DNA of 64,000 bases from a virus, in IMG/VR virus record IMGVR_UViG_3300045988_125893; one strand, written 5' to 3'. The notes below the pieces were generated by a model, which was not told the origin of the DNA, ran no database searches, and saw nothing but the letters and a program-made list of their open reading frames with translations. The number at the start of each line of letters is the position of its first letter. Position 1 is the first letter of the stretch. Position numbers and translations under genes: made by a program. This document shows positions 1 to 7,822 of the stretch, one piece after another.

Positions 1-270
1 ATGGACAATATGAACGTATATGATTTTGCACCTGATTTAGATTTAAGTAAAGAAGTAGCAGGTTCCATTTTTGGGGTAAGAGGAATGGAAGGTAGTGATG
101 GTATAGTGTATGCTAAGGTAGTTAGCTGTATAGACGTCAAGGATTACAGTTGTGAGAGATGTATTTTTTATGATTGTTATAAGGATACATGTTCGTTATG
201 GGGTAGTGATAGTTGTATAGATGGGGATTGGTTTTGTAGGTACGAACAGGCTGCCATAGAGGGGGAGTAG
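1..270 (+). CDS. hypothetical small Cys-rich protein (may be 5'-partial at window edge)
   Basis: ORF track; Cys pairs CERC..CYKDTC..C..C suggest metal binding. Confidence 0.5.
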   Translation: MDNMNVYDFAPDLDLSKEVAGSIFGVRGMEGSDGIVYAKVVSCIDVKDYSCERCIFYDCYKDTCSLWGSDSCIDGDWFCRYEQAAIEGE

Positions 271-275
271 GCGGC

Positions 276-332
276 GTCTTGGGCTAAGGCCTGCGGTTGT
301 AGGTGAAACGTAGGTCGGAGCAGAGCCGGGAC
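276..332 (+). other. imperfect long stem-loop E0 carrying the conserved loop motif GTGAAACGTAGG
   Basis: gtcttgg(276-282) pairs ccgggac(326-332) with G-U pairs; inner ctgc/gcag; loop motif shared with hairpins E1-E5. Confidence 0.35.
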
Positions 333-375
333 AGTTTATTGTGGAACGTAAAAATAAAAAGGAGGAGATAGCGAT

Positions 376-456
376 ATGAAAAAGGCATTTAAGATATTTT
401 CTATTATGTTCGTCATAGAAATAGTGCTGATAGCTATTTTAGATGCTATGGCGTAA
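376..456 (+). CDS. micro-ORF, 26 aa hydrophobic peptide MKKAFKIFSIMFVIEIVLIAILDAMA
   Basis: ATG at 376 preceded by aaaaaggaggagatagcgat (textbook SD, 7-nt spacer); lies in 330-nt structured noncoding region. Confidence 0.25.
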   Translation: MKKAFKIFSIMFVIEIVLIAILDAMA

Positions 457-497
457 GGGAGAAAAATTTCTTCATTAATTTTCTTATGCTTTAGACA

Positions 498-529
498 AAG
501 TGCTCCCGTCTGCGAAGATCGGAGCACTT
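498..529 (+). other. stem-loop E1: 9-bp stem aagtgctcc/ggagcactt, 14-nt loop cgtctgcgaagatc
   Basis: perfect complementarity read directly; loop shares CTG-GAAGAT core with E3/E4. Confidence 0.6.
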
Positions 530-534
530 GCTTT

Positions 535-603
535 ATGGGATTCATGGTGCGGTAGGTCGGTTCGATTCCGGCGATCTCACACAATATTAAAAACAAATGA
601 GGT
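535..603 (+). promoter_or_regulatory. tRNA T-arm/acceptor-like minihelix plus conserved leader, copy 1
   Basis: tgggatt(535-541)/gatctca(573-579) acceptor-like pairing around gtcgg-TTCGATT-ccggc T-arm; ~85% identical to 1806-1849; ends at ATG 604. Confidence 0.4.
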
Positions 604-1008
604 ATGTTAAAAGAAGAATTTGAAGACTTTATTAAAAGAGAGGTAAGTGATGAACTTTACAAAGATATAGAGGTGGTGTATAATGTTCTGCCTGAATATA
701 TGGATAAGTTGTATTTTGCAGACGCTATATTAAAAGATGTAGGGAAGACTGTAAATGTTTTGTCGGCTTTAGGAGTACACATACGTGAATTGAATAACGC
801 ACGCATAATCGAAAAAGAAAAGATTAGATCGTGTGCGTATGATTTGATACATAAGGCTCATGACGAAGATGATTTAACAGCAAGGGAGATTGCTGTTAAA
901 TTGATAGGAGAAAGGGAAACGGTAGCATATACTGTAAGGGAAGGTCTGCCATTATGGGAACAAGATAAAAAGTTTATAATAGAATTAATGAAGGAGGAAA
1001 GAAAATGA
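604..1008 (+). CDS. hypothetical protein
   Basis: ORF track 134 aa; SD-like tgaggt upstream. Confidence 0.6.
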   Translation: MLKEEFEDFIKREVSDELYKDIEVVYNVLPEYMDKLYFADAILKDVGKTVNVLSALGVHIRELNNARIIEKEKIRSCAYDLIHKAHDEDDLTAREIAVKLIGERETVAYTVREGLPLWEQDKKFIIELMKEERK

Positions 1009-1352
1009 AAGATGGCATTACATTGCATCCAGAACATGGATTGAACCCGTCTATAGAAGTCTGCATGATATGTGGTGCAGAGATGGGCATTGCCTTATTA
1101 GGGAATAATATTAAAGGTCAGGCGCCGCATCATATATGTACGGGCGGAGTATGTGACGATTGCAAAAAGATAATAGATGATGGTGGTTGTTTTATTATCG
1201 AGGTTGAAGATGGTTCAGATCAAAAGAATCCGTATCATACAGGAAGATATTGTGCGATAAAGAAAGGGGTAGCAAAGAAAATGTTTGGAAAGGAGCATAG
1301 TATTGTGTACATGGAAAAGTCTGCATTCAGTCAAATGATACCACAAAAATGA
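1005..1352 (+). CDS. hypothetical zinc-binding protein (CMICG...CDDC)
   Basis: ORF 115 aa; AAGGAGG SD upstream; ATGA overlap with previous gene. Confidence 0.6.
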   Translation: MKDGITLHPEHGLNPSIEVCMICGAEMGIALLGNNIKGQAPHHICTGGVCDDCKKIIDDGGCFIIEVEDGSDQKNPYHTGRYCAIKKGVAKKMFGKEHSIVYMEKSAFSQMIPQK

Positions 1353-1675
1353 AGAAGGATATGTTTACAAAAGAAGAAAGATTATTTATATGGAAACAAG
1401 TATATGATATAATCAATAGGTCAGAGAATGGGGAATACATATGCATTGCATTAAAAAATGTAGTATTTTATTTTTTCAAAAAACATAAAGAAATAGAAAT
1501 TATGAGTTTAGATGAAATGGTGAGAATATATTTCCCGGAATTGAGAGCAAGGAGAAGTATGGCTACAGAACCAGAGGAAATATGGAGGATATATGGATGG
1601 TTTGGTTGTATTAGTCCAGAAACGAAGGAGGTGAGACTGAATATTGTAAAAGATATTATAAAAGAATTAGAATAG
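1349..1675 (+). CDS. hypothetical protein
   Basis: ORF 108 aa, ATGA overlap. Confidence 0.6.
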   Translation: MKKDMFTKEERLFIWKQVYDIINRSENGEYICIALKNVVFYFFKKHKEIEIMSLDEMVRIYFPELRARRSMATEPEEIWRIYGWFGCISPETKEVRLNIVKDIIKELE

Positions 1676-1721
1676 TATTTTTGTTAACCTATTTTATTCA
1701 TCAAATTAAGTTTTGGGTTTT

Positions 1722-1759
1722 GGCATGTCGGTTCGTGAGGATAGGCATGCCTATTTTTA
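1722..1759 (+). terminator. stem-loop E2 (ggcatg/catgcc, 18-nt loop tcggttcgtgaggatagg) followed by tattttta
   Basis: perfect 6-bp GC stem plus T-run after gene ending 1675; loop motif GTGAGGATAGG. Confidence 0.55.
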
Positions 1760-1805
1760 TGTCATAGAGGGATGACGCGGCGTGCCGGCATGTATGTGCC
1801 GGTTC

Positions 1806-1849
1806 TGGTTCGATTCTGGGCATCTCACAAACAATAAAACAAAAGAGTT
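1806..1849 (+). promoter_or_regulatory. tRNA T-arm-like conserved leader, copy 2 (ctggTTCGATTctgggcatctcacaaacaataaaacaaaagagtt)
   Basis: near-identical to 556-603; preceded by hairpin gccggca/tgccggt (1784-1803); ends at ATG 1850. Confidence 0.4.
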
Positions 1850-2083
1850 ATGAGAATATACAAGAATGATATTATAAAGGCGTCAGCGATAAGCACCAGC
1901 GACGACAGGGGATTATTACTGTGTTCAATAACAGATTCGGGATTCACGTCTATAGCTGGTGTAATATCGGCTATTAAAGACAAGTTGCCAAACAAAGATC
2001 ATAAGAAGATGGTTTTTGAAATTTTGAATGATACGAAAAAAGAGTACGGAAGATATAATAATTGCGGAGGAAAAGTGTTATGA
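1850..2083 (+). CDS. hypothetical protein
   Basis: ORF 77 aa directly after conserved leader. Confidence 0.5.
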   Translation: MRIYKNDIIKASAISTSDDRGLLLCSITDSGFTSIAGVISAIKDKLPNKDHKKMVFEILNDTKKEYGRYNNCGGKVL

Positions 2084-2295
2084 GAAAAAATATAAAGAGC
2101 TTTTTATTGCCTTTAATATTGGCGAGTATGGTTGATGATCCTTATAGAGTAAGACGTATTCATAGTAACAATCATCCTAAACCAGTAAAAAGGGATGAAA
2201 AAAACAGGATAGAGAGGGAGTTTGATATTAATGGAAAGAAAATAATGGCTTATTCAAGAAAGGATGCCATTAAAAGATTAAAACATAAGAAGTAG
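2062..2295 (+). CDS. hypothetical basic protein
   Basis: ORF 77 aa. Confidence 0.45.
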   Translation: MRRKSVMRKNIKSFLLPLILASMVDDPYRVRRIHSNNHPKPVKRDEKNRIEREFDINGKKIMAYSRKDAIKRLKHKK

Positions 2296-2341
2296 AAAAC
2301 GGATTTTTATGTTAATGTTAGTTTTTTCATTTTTATTGAGA

Positions 2342-2382
2342 GGAGCGCCGGCCTGTGAAGGTATGCGCTCTTTGTATTTGTA
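2342..2382 (+). terminator. stem-loop E4 (ggagcgc/gcgctct, loop cggcctgtgaaggtat) plus ttgtatttgtat
   Basis: 7-bp stem with one G-U pair; 16-nt loop with conserved CTGTGAAGGTA. Confidence 0.55.
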
Positions 2383-2404
2383 TAATGCATAAAACAATAA
2401 TAAT

Positions 2405-2659
2405 ATGACAGAGAATAGTATAGACGTAAATATCGTACCTGTAAAGAATGGTATGAAACGTGTTGTGGTATCATATTACCATTATTCACGCAAGGAGAAA
2501 GATCGCATGAGTTCTCAAACGGATTACGTGTGGGAAACAGGGAATGAAGAGATGTTTAAATACTTTGAGGCCAGGAGGACAAAAGTATTTTATAGTCAGA
2601 TTCGTGCCATGTGTAGATTCTATGGCAAGAAAAATGTACGTAAATACAAAAAGCTATGA
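2405..2659 (+). CDS. hypothetical protein
   Basis: ORF 84 aa. Confidence 0.5.
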   Translation: MTENSIDVNIVPVKNGMKRVVVSYYHYSRKEKDRMSSQTDYVWETGNEEMFKYFEARRTKVFYSQIRAMCRFYGKKNVRKYKKL

Positions 2660-3465
2660 TATTAAAAACGACAACCAACGAGTTTTGTTTCATCAGCGTA
2701 AGTTTCTATGAAACAATAGCGGATCCTCGTCATTTCTTTGAACAGGATTATGAAGAGATGCCAGAATACGAGGAAGAAGCAGATTTTGATTTTGATTCTT
2801 ATTGCAATAAGTTTATTCCTTTTGTACAGGAATGGGCGAATAAGGTGGGCGAACACCTTTACGGATATGGTGTGAATAACATAAAGGTAACATCGGTCGG
2901 ACATCCGAGTGAATATAATTATGATACTGATTGGATGAATGTGGAGGTAGAATTTTGTGATAGATGGAGGCAAAGGATGTTATTTAATAGTGGTAAGATT
3001 GTCAATGATGATAAATGCAAGAAGTATATGGAAGCCAATTATAGGTCAGTATTAGGATACATCTTTTTAGGACCTGAAGATTTAAAGGAATTTGAAAAGG
3101 AAATAATAGAAAAGAAGTCGGATTCGAAATATGATATAACAATATTATTAAATATGTATCTAACTTTGGCTTTTGTAAAAGAATTTGGATTTGAAGCCGA
3201 AGAAGCGTGGAATGAAATAACAGGACATGCTTACGAATGTTTATCGTATTCTGATTTTGCAACAATAGAAACACTTATACCAGAAGGTTCGGAGTATTTA
3301 TTCAAAGACATTTACACGGCAAAGGCCGATGACTTATATCATCATGTCCTGGACAAATTTGGATGGGCGTGGCGTGATCCGAAATATAAGTCAGAAACAG
3401 AATTATGCGCGATGCTAAAGTGGGCAAAAGAAAAAGGCTTGACCATTGAAGAGTTAAGTATTTAA
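2656..3465 (+). CDS. hypothetical protein
   Basis: ORF 269 aa, ATGA overlap. Confidence 0.65.
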   Translation: MILKTTTNEFCFISVSFYETIADPRHFFEQDYEEMPEYEEEADFDFDSYCNKFIPFVQEWANKVGEHLYGYGVNNIKVTSVGHPSEYNYDTDWMNVEVEFCDRWRQRMLFNSGKIVNDDKCKKYMEANYRSVLGYIFLGPEDLKEFEKEIIEKKSDSKYDITILLNMYLTLAFVKEFGFEAEEAWNEITGHAYECLSYSDFATIETLIPEGSEYLFKDIYTAKADDLYHHVLDKFGWAWRDPKYKSETELCAMLKWAKEKGLTIEELSI

Positions 3466-3478
3466 TTGTTAAACATAA

Positions 3479-3525
3479 GGCAGTAGTGGTGCGTGAGTAT
3501 AGGTGCTGCCGTTAAATTATTTTAT
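3479..3525 (+). terminator. stem-loop E5 (ggcagta/tgctgcc, loop gtggtgcgtgagtatagg) plus T-rich tail
   Basis: 7-bp stem (one G-U); 18-nt loop with GTGAGTATAGG. Confidence 0.5.
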
Positions 3526-3528
3526 AAT

Positions 3529-3777
3529 ATGAAAAAGGAAGAGATTCAAACTATTTTATACACAATCAAAGAAGGAGACAGTATTAAGATCAAAGTACAA
3601 GACAAAAGTGAAGAAATAAGACTGCGGGATCATGTAAGAAGAACGCAGAAATACGGATACAGGTTTTGTTTGTCTCATTTGCATGATGGAATTTTCTATT
3701 TGGAGAAGTTGGAAGAGGGAGATAAAGATAAATACTATAGAGTAATCAACAGAGGAAATGGAAAGACCGGAGTATAA
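3529..3777 (+). CDS. hypothetical protein (start moved to ATG 3529; track ORF 3493 begins inside hairpin E5)
   Basis: ORF track frame; MKKEEIQ start after terminator. Confidence 0.5.
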   Translation: MKKEEIQTILYTIKEGDSIKIKVQDKSEEIRLRDHVRRTQKYGYRFCLSHLHDGIFYLEKLEEGDKDKYYRVINRGNGKTGV

Positions 3778-4051
3778 TAAGCTACGCAAAATGGCTAAGA
3801 CTACTCCAGGTCTGATAGTGGACGAGGCGCAAAACATGATGCGTGTATCGCTGTATGATAATGGAGAACTTAAGAAGATCGTAGTAGTAATGAAATGCGA
3901 TTCTTTTTTACAGTCAAAAAGTAACATAGAAAAGATAATGTTATTATCATCTTCTATAGAAGATAGAAAAAACAAAGAAAAAAATAAAACAAAATCAGAA
4001 AATGAACAGAATAACAAAAATAAGAGAAGAAATAGGAGGAAAACAGGTTGA
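3758..4051 (+). CDS. hypothetical Lys/Asn-rich basic protein
   Basis: ORF 97 aa; low complexity C-terminus. Confidence 0.4.
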   Translation: MERPEYNKLRKMAKTTPGLIVDEAQNMMRVSLYDNGELKKIVVVMKCDSFLQSKSNIEKIMLLSSSIEDRKNKEKNKTKSENEQNNKNKRRNRRKTG

Positions 4052-4385
4052 TTTGACCTTTTATGGGCGTTTTTGCAGCCTTATTGAAGGTGATAGAAAG
4101 ATAATACTAAAGGCAATAAAAAACGGTCGTAAGGAAGGTGTAATCGGAGCCATTCAGCCTGGAAGACATGATAGAATTTGGACCACATGGGCTATTGCTT
4201 TTGAGGATCTGAAGGTAGGGGATACGGTAGAGTTTAGTACATCCGGGAAATACAATCCAGGTTTTCATTCTACAGAAAAGTATGTAGGATGTGTAGAATG
4301 GATAAAAGGATCGGAATGTGCGATAAAAACCGGCAAAGGGATGGCAGTAGTATTAATTAAACACGTGGAAAGGGTAGTAAGATGA
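4002..4385 (+). CDS. hypothetical protein
   Basis: ORF 127 aa. Confidence 0.55.
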   Translation: MNRITKIREEIGGKQVDLTFYGRFCSLIEGDRKIILKAIKNGRKEGVIGAIQPGRHDRIWTTWAIAFEDLKVGDTVEFSTSGKYNPGFHSTEKYVGCVEWIKGSECAIKTGKGMAVVLIKHVERVVR

Positions 4386-4663
4386 AATTGAGAGAATTTG
4401 TAGAACTCTTTGATAAGAATGATGTAAAGGATTTGTTTAAGTCATTATCTTTATGTATGGAATATGTAAGGATAGATTTACATGTATTTAATGTAGGTGC
4501 TTATGTTACGTGCCTGTACAGTAATGATCTTGAACAGCTTTCAACGATGAAAGGGTGCGCTATATACGCGATAGTAGAAGTACCATGTTTATTTGAGGCA
4601 TTTATGGAATATGCTTCACCGGAATTGAAAGCATATTATGATAAACTAACGAAAGAAGTGTGA
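4382..4663 (+). CDS. hypothetical protein
   Basis: ORF 93 aa, ATGA overlap. Confidence 0.55.
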   Translation: MKLREFVELFDKNDVKDLFKSLSLCMEYVRIDLHVFNVGAYVTCLYSNDLEQLSTMKGCAIYAIVEVPCLFEAFMEYASPELKAYYDKLTKEV

Positions 4664-4664
4664 C

Positions 4665-5147
4665 ATGAAAGAGGAAGTAGAACGGATAAAGAAGTTGGTA
4701 GGCATAGATCATAATAGATGGGAGCAACCTTGTACATGTGATAAATGCAAGAACATGTGTAAGATTCCTTGTATTGGTACGCCAAAAGACATAGAGGCTA
4801 TCATAGATGCCGGATACGCTGATAGGTTAAAAGAAACAATGTGGATGGTAGGGTATCTTGCAGTGAAGGAAAAACCAATAGCGATGATCCAGCCGACAGA
4901 GAAAGACGGGTGGTGCGCATTCCGCCGGCCAGACGGTCTCTGCGAGCTGCATGACCGTGGACTAAAGCCGACCGAAGGAGTTCTGGCTTCCTGTAAGATG
5001 ATTGAAGAAGACAATGTTCCAACATACGAAACGTCTGTACTTAGAGCAGTGGCTAATGAGTGGGTTAAGGTGGAGAACTTTGGAGATATAATGAGGGTCG
5101 TTTTTAAATTTTTGCATGAAAATGAACGTAGAAAACAAATTAGATAA
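4665..5147 (+). CDS. hypothetical Cys-rich protein (CTCDKCKNMC...C motif, possible Fe/Zn chelating domain)
   Basis: ORF 160 aa; Cys cluster near N-terminus. Confidence 0.6.
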   Translation: MKEEVERIKKLVGIDHNRWEQPCTCDKCKNMCKIPCIGTPKDIEAIIDAGYADRLKETMWMVGYLAVKEKPIAMIQPTEKDGWCAFRRPDGLCELHDRGLKPTEGVLASCKMIEEDNVPTYETSVLRAVANEWVKVENFGDIMRVVFKFLHENERRKQIR

Positions 5148-5526
5148 AGTAGTTAAGATCCTAAAAGAAAAAGGATTTGTGGTATATAGAAAGGGCGGAA
5201 AGGAGCCGGGTGTATTTTACGCCAAAGAAGGTGACAGCCGGATAGGATTCGTTTATCCCAACAACGGATATATATATGATAGAATAAAAATGTGGTCTTT
5301 TTCAAGGATATATAAACCACATAAGAAAACCGGGTCTTCGTGTTTAATGAGCGTCAGCGACGAATTTACGATAGAGAATGCGATTAAGAACATAGAGGAT
5401 AGACTGTGGGTAAATTATGTAAAAGACGGTAACAGAAAACGACCAGAAGAATACAATAATATAAGAGAATTTGTTGGTAGCTTCACTAAATTCTACAACT
5501 CTGTAGAATTAGTTGAGGTTAAGTAG
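5116..5526 (+). CDS. hypothetical protein
   Basis: ORF 136 aa. Confidence 0.55.
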   Translation: MKMNVENKLDKVVKILKEKGFVVYRKGGKEPGVFYAKEGDSRIGFVYPNNGYIYDRIKMWSFSRIYKPHKKTGSSCLMSVSDEFTIENAIKNIEDRLWVNYVKDGNRKRPEEYNNIREFVGSFTKFYNSVELVEVK

Positions 5527-5547
5527 TTTTCCATGTAAGTTAGTTAC

Positions 5548-5583
5548 CGGCACTGGTCTGTGAAGATAGGTGTCGTTTTTTTT
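5548..5583 (+). terminator. stem-loop E3 (ccggcac/gtgtcgg, loop tggtctgtgaagatag) followed by T8
   Basis: 6-bp stem with one G-U pair, 16-nt conserved loop, tttttttt at 5576-5583. Confidence 0.7.
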
Positions 5584-5600
5584 AAGAAAGGAGGATAAAG

Positions 5601-5732
5601 ATGGAGAAAAGAGACAAGGAAATGCCTTACGAGGTAATCATACAGGAGAGAAACAAAGTGGATTTATACGGTAACGTAGTATATTATATCTATTGGTTTG
5701 ATAAATATGGGAACGATATTACAAACGAATGA
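5601..5732 (+). CDS. micro-ORF, 43 aa (MEKRDKEMPYEVIIQERNKVDLYGN...)
   Basis: ATG preceded by aaggaggataaag SD; not in track because <60 aa. Confidence 0.35.
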   Translation: MEKRDKEMPYEVIIQERNKVDLYGNVVYYIYWFDKYGNDITNE

Positions 5733-5939
5733 AAATTCTGGAGCAAGGGTCCGAAAAAGAAATATGATAGAGTCAATCGCTATTTAACGGATAGTTGGCT
5801 AAAGGAATACTGTAAGAACAACAATTTAAAAATAAGTAGAATAAAGGAATGAAGCCGGGAAAGCATGCTATGATAACAAACGAGTATGGTGTCTTGGATA
5901 TTATAAAAGAAAAATTTGACAACATAAATATAATGGAAT

Positions 5940-6308
5940 ATGGATCTAAATAAATTGTATAAAGAAATAGAAGAAGCGGAGGTCAATCTGAATGCAAAAA
6001 GATTAAAGTACATCAAAGAAGCATTAACGGAGAACGGTGGAAGCGTAAAGCTAAAATTTAAAGAGTTTAAAGAATGGCAAGAAGCTAATAACGTGTTTGA
6101 CTTTGATGATCAGTTTCCAGTGATAATAGAAATTGATGGAAATTCTATGTATTTAACGGAAGTGTATGTCAAAAAAAACGATTTTCGTGTAGTCATGCTG
6201 GATTATACTGATATGACTTTTTATGATTATAGCAATCCAGGGGAAAATGAACAGGTTGCTTATTTTATTAACTATTGCTTAAATCAAGACAAAGATGGGA
6301 AAGAGTAG
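5940..6308 (+). CDS. hypothetical protein
   Basis: ORF 122 aa. Confidence 0.55.
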   Translation: MDLNKLYKEIEEAEVNLNAKRLKYIKEALTENGGSVKLKFKEFKEWQEANNVFDFDDQFPVIIEIDGNSMYLTEVYVKKNDFRVVMLDYTDMTFYDYSNPGENEQVAYFINYCLNQDKDGKE

Positions 6309-6483
6309 AAAAGATTATGAGAAGTATCTTAACTCAATATCTCCAGATAGAGACGATGAGGCATGGATCATTGGAGGAAAGAACAGGTATTGCGGTAGAG
6401 AGAATTATGGCACTATGATCAAAAGGTATGATCCTATTGGTTTTAACGTGGGATACAGGGAGTGGGTGGAACAGCCAGAGTAA
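6295..6483 (+). CDS. hypothetical protein
   Basis: ORF 62 aa. Confidence 0.5.
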   Translation: MGKSRKDYEKYLNSISPDRDDEAWIIGGKNRYCGRENYGTMIKRYDPIGFNVGYREWVEQPE

Positions 6484-6485
6484 GG

Positions 6486-6539
6486 CGGAGCCCGCCCTGG
6501 CATGAGGTCAGCCTGGCTGTTTGTGGCCAGGCCCATATA
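6486..6539 (+). terminator. tandem GC hairpins (ggcgg-agc-ccgcc; gcctggc-tgtttgtg-gccaggc) with duplicated cctggc competing for one gccagg
   Basis: read directly; follows stop of 6295..6483. Confidence 0.5.
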
Positions 6540-6856
6540 TTAATCAGATAGTGAACAGCGAAAACAATATAAATATGAAAAATAAGTTAGTTCTTAATAG
6601 TGCAGAGGATGCTGAAATAATTTCAGTAAGATTAGATCCAGAGAGGTTTCCTATTGCATATGCAAACAAAGTAGAATGTTTGATGCTTTCCGGCTTAAGC
6701 GAAGAAGAAGCAAAGAAGGAGGCGATGATGCCAATAGACCTTGAATTGTATTATGAGGTAGGTGTAGGATTGATGGCCGTAGAGCCAGGGGCAGTAGAAT
6801 CTGGAACAATATACAGTCCATATACAAGAGAATTGTATGATAATGCAAAAGTTTGA
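6521..6856 (+). CDS. hypothetical protein (true start may be internal Met at ~6578)
   Basis: ORF 111 aa; first codons overlap the hairpin. Confidence 0.5.
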   Translation: MWPGPYINQIVNSENNINMKNKLVLNSAEDAEIISVRLDPERFPIAYANKVECLMLSGLSEEEAKKEAMMPIDLELYYEVGVGLMAVEPGAVESGTIYSPYTRELYDNAKV

Positions 6857-7332
6857 TAATTATGAGAGTAGAAGATTTAACTAAGTTTGAAGAAGAATGT
6901 CCCACCATAGTAGTATTTAATACATATATGGATATTAGGGTTCCACTAACGAAGAAATGGAAGAAAATCATTGACAAGAGAGAAGATAAGCCAAACACGT
7001 ATCATAATAATTTGATTAATTATATTTCAGAACAGATAGAGTTGTCCGGATTCAACATGAAAAGCGTCGGGAACCTATTAATAAAGAAAATAGTTTTCAA
7101 TAAAAACAATTACTACAGGTATAACAACATAGGAGGATTCCCTATAACTATCAACGATTTGGGATATTGGGATAAAAACAGAGTAAAGCTAAATGAAGAT
7201 TTTCACACTGTTAGGCTGTTTAATACGGTAAGTGTATATGGATTGATATTTGGATCCATAAAACAAAATAATTTCATTATGCTTGAAAACGATATAATGC
7301 AGATTAAGGTTGGCGGCATAACTTACATCTAA
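6853..7332 (+). CDS. hypothetical protein
   Basis: ORF 159 aa. Confidence 0.55.
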   Translation: MIIMRVEDLTKFEEECPTIVVFNTYMDIRVPLTKKWKKIIDKREDKPNTYHNNLINYISEQIELSGFNMKSVGNLLIKKIVFNKNNYYRYNNIGGFPITINDLGYWDKNRVKLNEDFHTVRLFNTVSVYGLIFGSIKQNNFIMLENDIMQIKVGGITYI

Positions 7333-7343
7333 AGGAATAGATC

Positions 7344-7811
7344 ATGAATTTATTATACGTAGTTGAATCAGGAGACTATAAGTACCTCGTCTTCGATGAA
7401 ATGCCTGATAAAATTAGTACAAAGTACGGAGATGATACCATTATTGGAAGGATAGGAGGTATATTCTATGATTTCCTTGCAAAGAGAAATGAGAGAAGAG
7501 AAGCTTTCGGAGGTAGAAAGTTCGATATCGTACTTGACAACGGAGAGATAGAGAAGTGTGAAGGGCAATGGTGGGATGCGGTGACAGAGAGAGCAAGAGA
7601 AGAATTGGAAAAAGAGGGAAATCCATTTTCCAAAATGATGTTGATTGGTGTTTCTTCAGTAGATAGATTATCGGATTGCTATGTGTATTATGGGTTATGG
7701 GCATCCAAAAGTAAGATTGAAGAAATGATAGCTGACTACAAAGGTCGTATATATGAGTATTACGAATTTAAGGAAGAGATCATTAATAAGATAAGGCAAT
7801 TATATACCTAA
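7344..7811 (+). CDS. hypothetical protein
   Basis: ORF 155 aa. Confidence 0.6.
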   Translation: MNLLYVVESGDYKYLVFDEMPDKISTKYGDDTIIGRIGGIFYDFLAKRNERREAFGGRKFDIVLDNGEIEKCEGQWWDAVTERAREELEKEGNPFSKMMLIGVSSVDRLSDCYVYYGLWASKSKIEEMIADYKGRIYEYYEFKEEIINKIRQLYT

Positions 7812-7822
7812 AATAATAGTTT

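Noticed and set aside
470-590. Canonical tRNA gene suggested by GGTTCGATTCC
   Set aside because: Only a T-arm and a short acceptor-like helix can be drawn. No D-arm or anticodon arm of proper geometry was found on either strand, and the same motif recurs at 1806-1849 as a leader. It is treated as a tRNA-like element, not a tRNA.
336-596. 86-aa minus-strand ORF from the six-frame track
   Set aside because: It spans the structured intergenic region (hairpins E0/E1, tRNA-like motif) and runs against the uniform + strand gene array. It is most likely a chance open frame.
271-603. tmRNA (ssrA-like) hypothesis because of T-arm-like 3' end and a peptide ending ...LDAMA
   Set aside because: No 5' acceptor strand complementary to the 3' end beyond 5 bp. 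The resume-codon or tag architecture is not evident. A second copy of the 3' motif elsewhere argues against a single tmRNA gene.
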